DNA of 32,727 bases from Intoshia linei (taxonomy: Eukaryota > Animalia > Orthonectida): positions 1-32,727 of the forward strand of contig LWCA01000315.1 in assembly GCA_001642005.1 (NCBI GenBank), in the 5' to 3' direction. Within the stretch, counting starts at the first letter, position 1; every line of letters starts with the position of its first letter. The notes below the pieces were generated by a model. It had not been told where the DNA came from, did not search any database, and saw only the letters and a list, made by a program, of their open reading frames with translations. Below are positions 31,866 to 32,727 of the stretch, piece by piece. The position numbers and the translations under genes were made by a program.

Positions 31866-32259
31866 GTAATTCATTAAAATTATTGTACATATCAAAACAG
31901 TAATACATCCATACCCAATGTGACCCCATATAATTCCTCTTAAACTGTGTAGAAAAATAAAAAAAATGTAATATTGATAATTTAATTTAGGGTTTCACCA
32001 CCGTTTCAAAACCATGCCCTTTAATATCATACATTGTCCAATCATCTATAAAATGTTTCACAACTATTAATAATAATATTGATTATAAGGAAACATTATA
32101 CACGTCTCAACATAAAATTTATCCAGTACATTTGTATACCCACAGGTCATATAATTTATTATTGAGCCAGGAATTATGAATGAAATGAAAATGCCAGAAA
32201 ACATGGATAAAAAATATTAAAAATATAAAATTATTTTCAATAATGGAGATTTAATAGAT

Positions 32260-32296
32260 CAGGGGTTCTCAAATTTTTTTCCTGGATGACCGATAA
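32260..32296. mobile_element. Left end of a hAT MITE interrupted by a Helitron copy
   Basis: TAATAGAT|CAGGGGTTCTCAAA, the same TIR as at 743. Confidence 0.6.
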
Positions 32297-32727
32297 TCCT
32301 TACTAATATAATATGCTTTGTTTGCCTGTGTGTGTTATAGTTTATTTCAATAACTACCCTTCTTAGAATTTTATAATGTCCACGTTTATATTAAAGTTTT
32401 TTCCGGGGTGAAAGTAAGAAAATTTCAACCTTACAAACTCACATCTTACGGGTCAAAAACCCCAATTATCCTTTTTTGAAAATTAAACGAGTTTGAGAAT
32501 TTAAAAAAATATACACTCTGATACGGATTTTAAAATCATAAATATTGTCATAAATTTTAATTTAAAAAAATTATATACGCTGATACGGATTTTAAAATTA
32601 TAAACATTAACATAAATATAAAAAAATTATATTTTTAGGGCCAAAACACCAAATTACCTTTTTTTATGAAAATAGCCCTAGAATTTAAAAAAATTACAGG
32701 TGGTACAGTTGTATCCTGTTAACACAC
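32297..32727 (+). mobile_element. Second Helitron copy, 5' part, truncated by the window end
   Basis: A|TCCTTACTAATATAATATGCTTTGTTTG; collinear with 29993-30372 through TTACAGGTGGTACAGTTGTATCCTGTTAACACAC; carries an extra ~60-bp internal tandem duplication. Confidence 0.8.

Noticed and set aside
1-32727. Alternative genetic code, CRISPR array, tRNA/rRNA or prokaryotic system
   Set aside because: The genes end in TAA, TAG and TGA and translate cleanly in the standard code; in-frame stops occur only in relics. No repeat-spacer array or RNA-gene signature was seen, and the genes have spliceosomal introns.

Overview
AT-rich eukaryotic (animal-like) genomic DNA with many very short GT-AG introns (about 30-60 nt) and a few kb-scale introns filled with DNA-transposon debris. 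The compact style recalls reduced invertebrate genomes such as orthonectids, but that is an inference. Manual splicing gives six protein genes, all on the + strand: the 3' part of a class-3 aldehyde dehydrogenase (216-3435), a short divergent KANSL3/NSL3 (7866-10365), a divergent PP2A B55 subunit (10554-18907, with a 6.8-kb last intron), a BMI1/Psc-type PCGF (20127-25231), an intronless BBS5 (27601-28632) and the 5' part of SPAG6 (29423 onward). Non-coding space holds hAT Buster/Charlie-type MITEs with 8-bp TSDs, a nested piggyBac-like element, pogo/Tigger and Chapaev-like transposase relics, a non-autonomous Helitron family, and decayed spliced gene fragments. Most notable: the BMI1-like to SPAG6 order matches the vertebrate BMI1-SPAG6 neighbourhood, with an intronless ciliary gene (BBS5) between them; the B55 has substitutions across its substrate-binding surface; and a Helitron carries a hAT terminus. 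No rRNA, tRNA or CRISPR array was seen. Homology calls are from recalled family sequences, not database searches.
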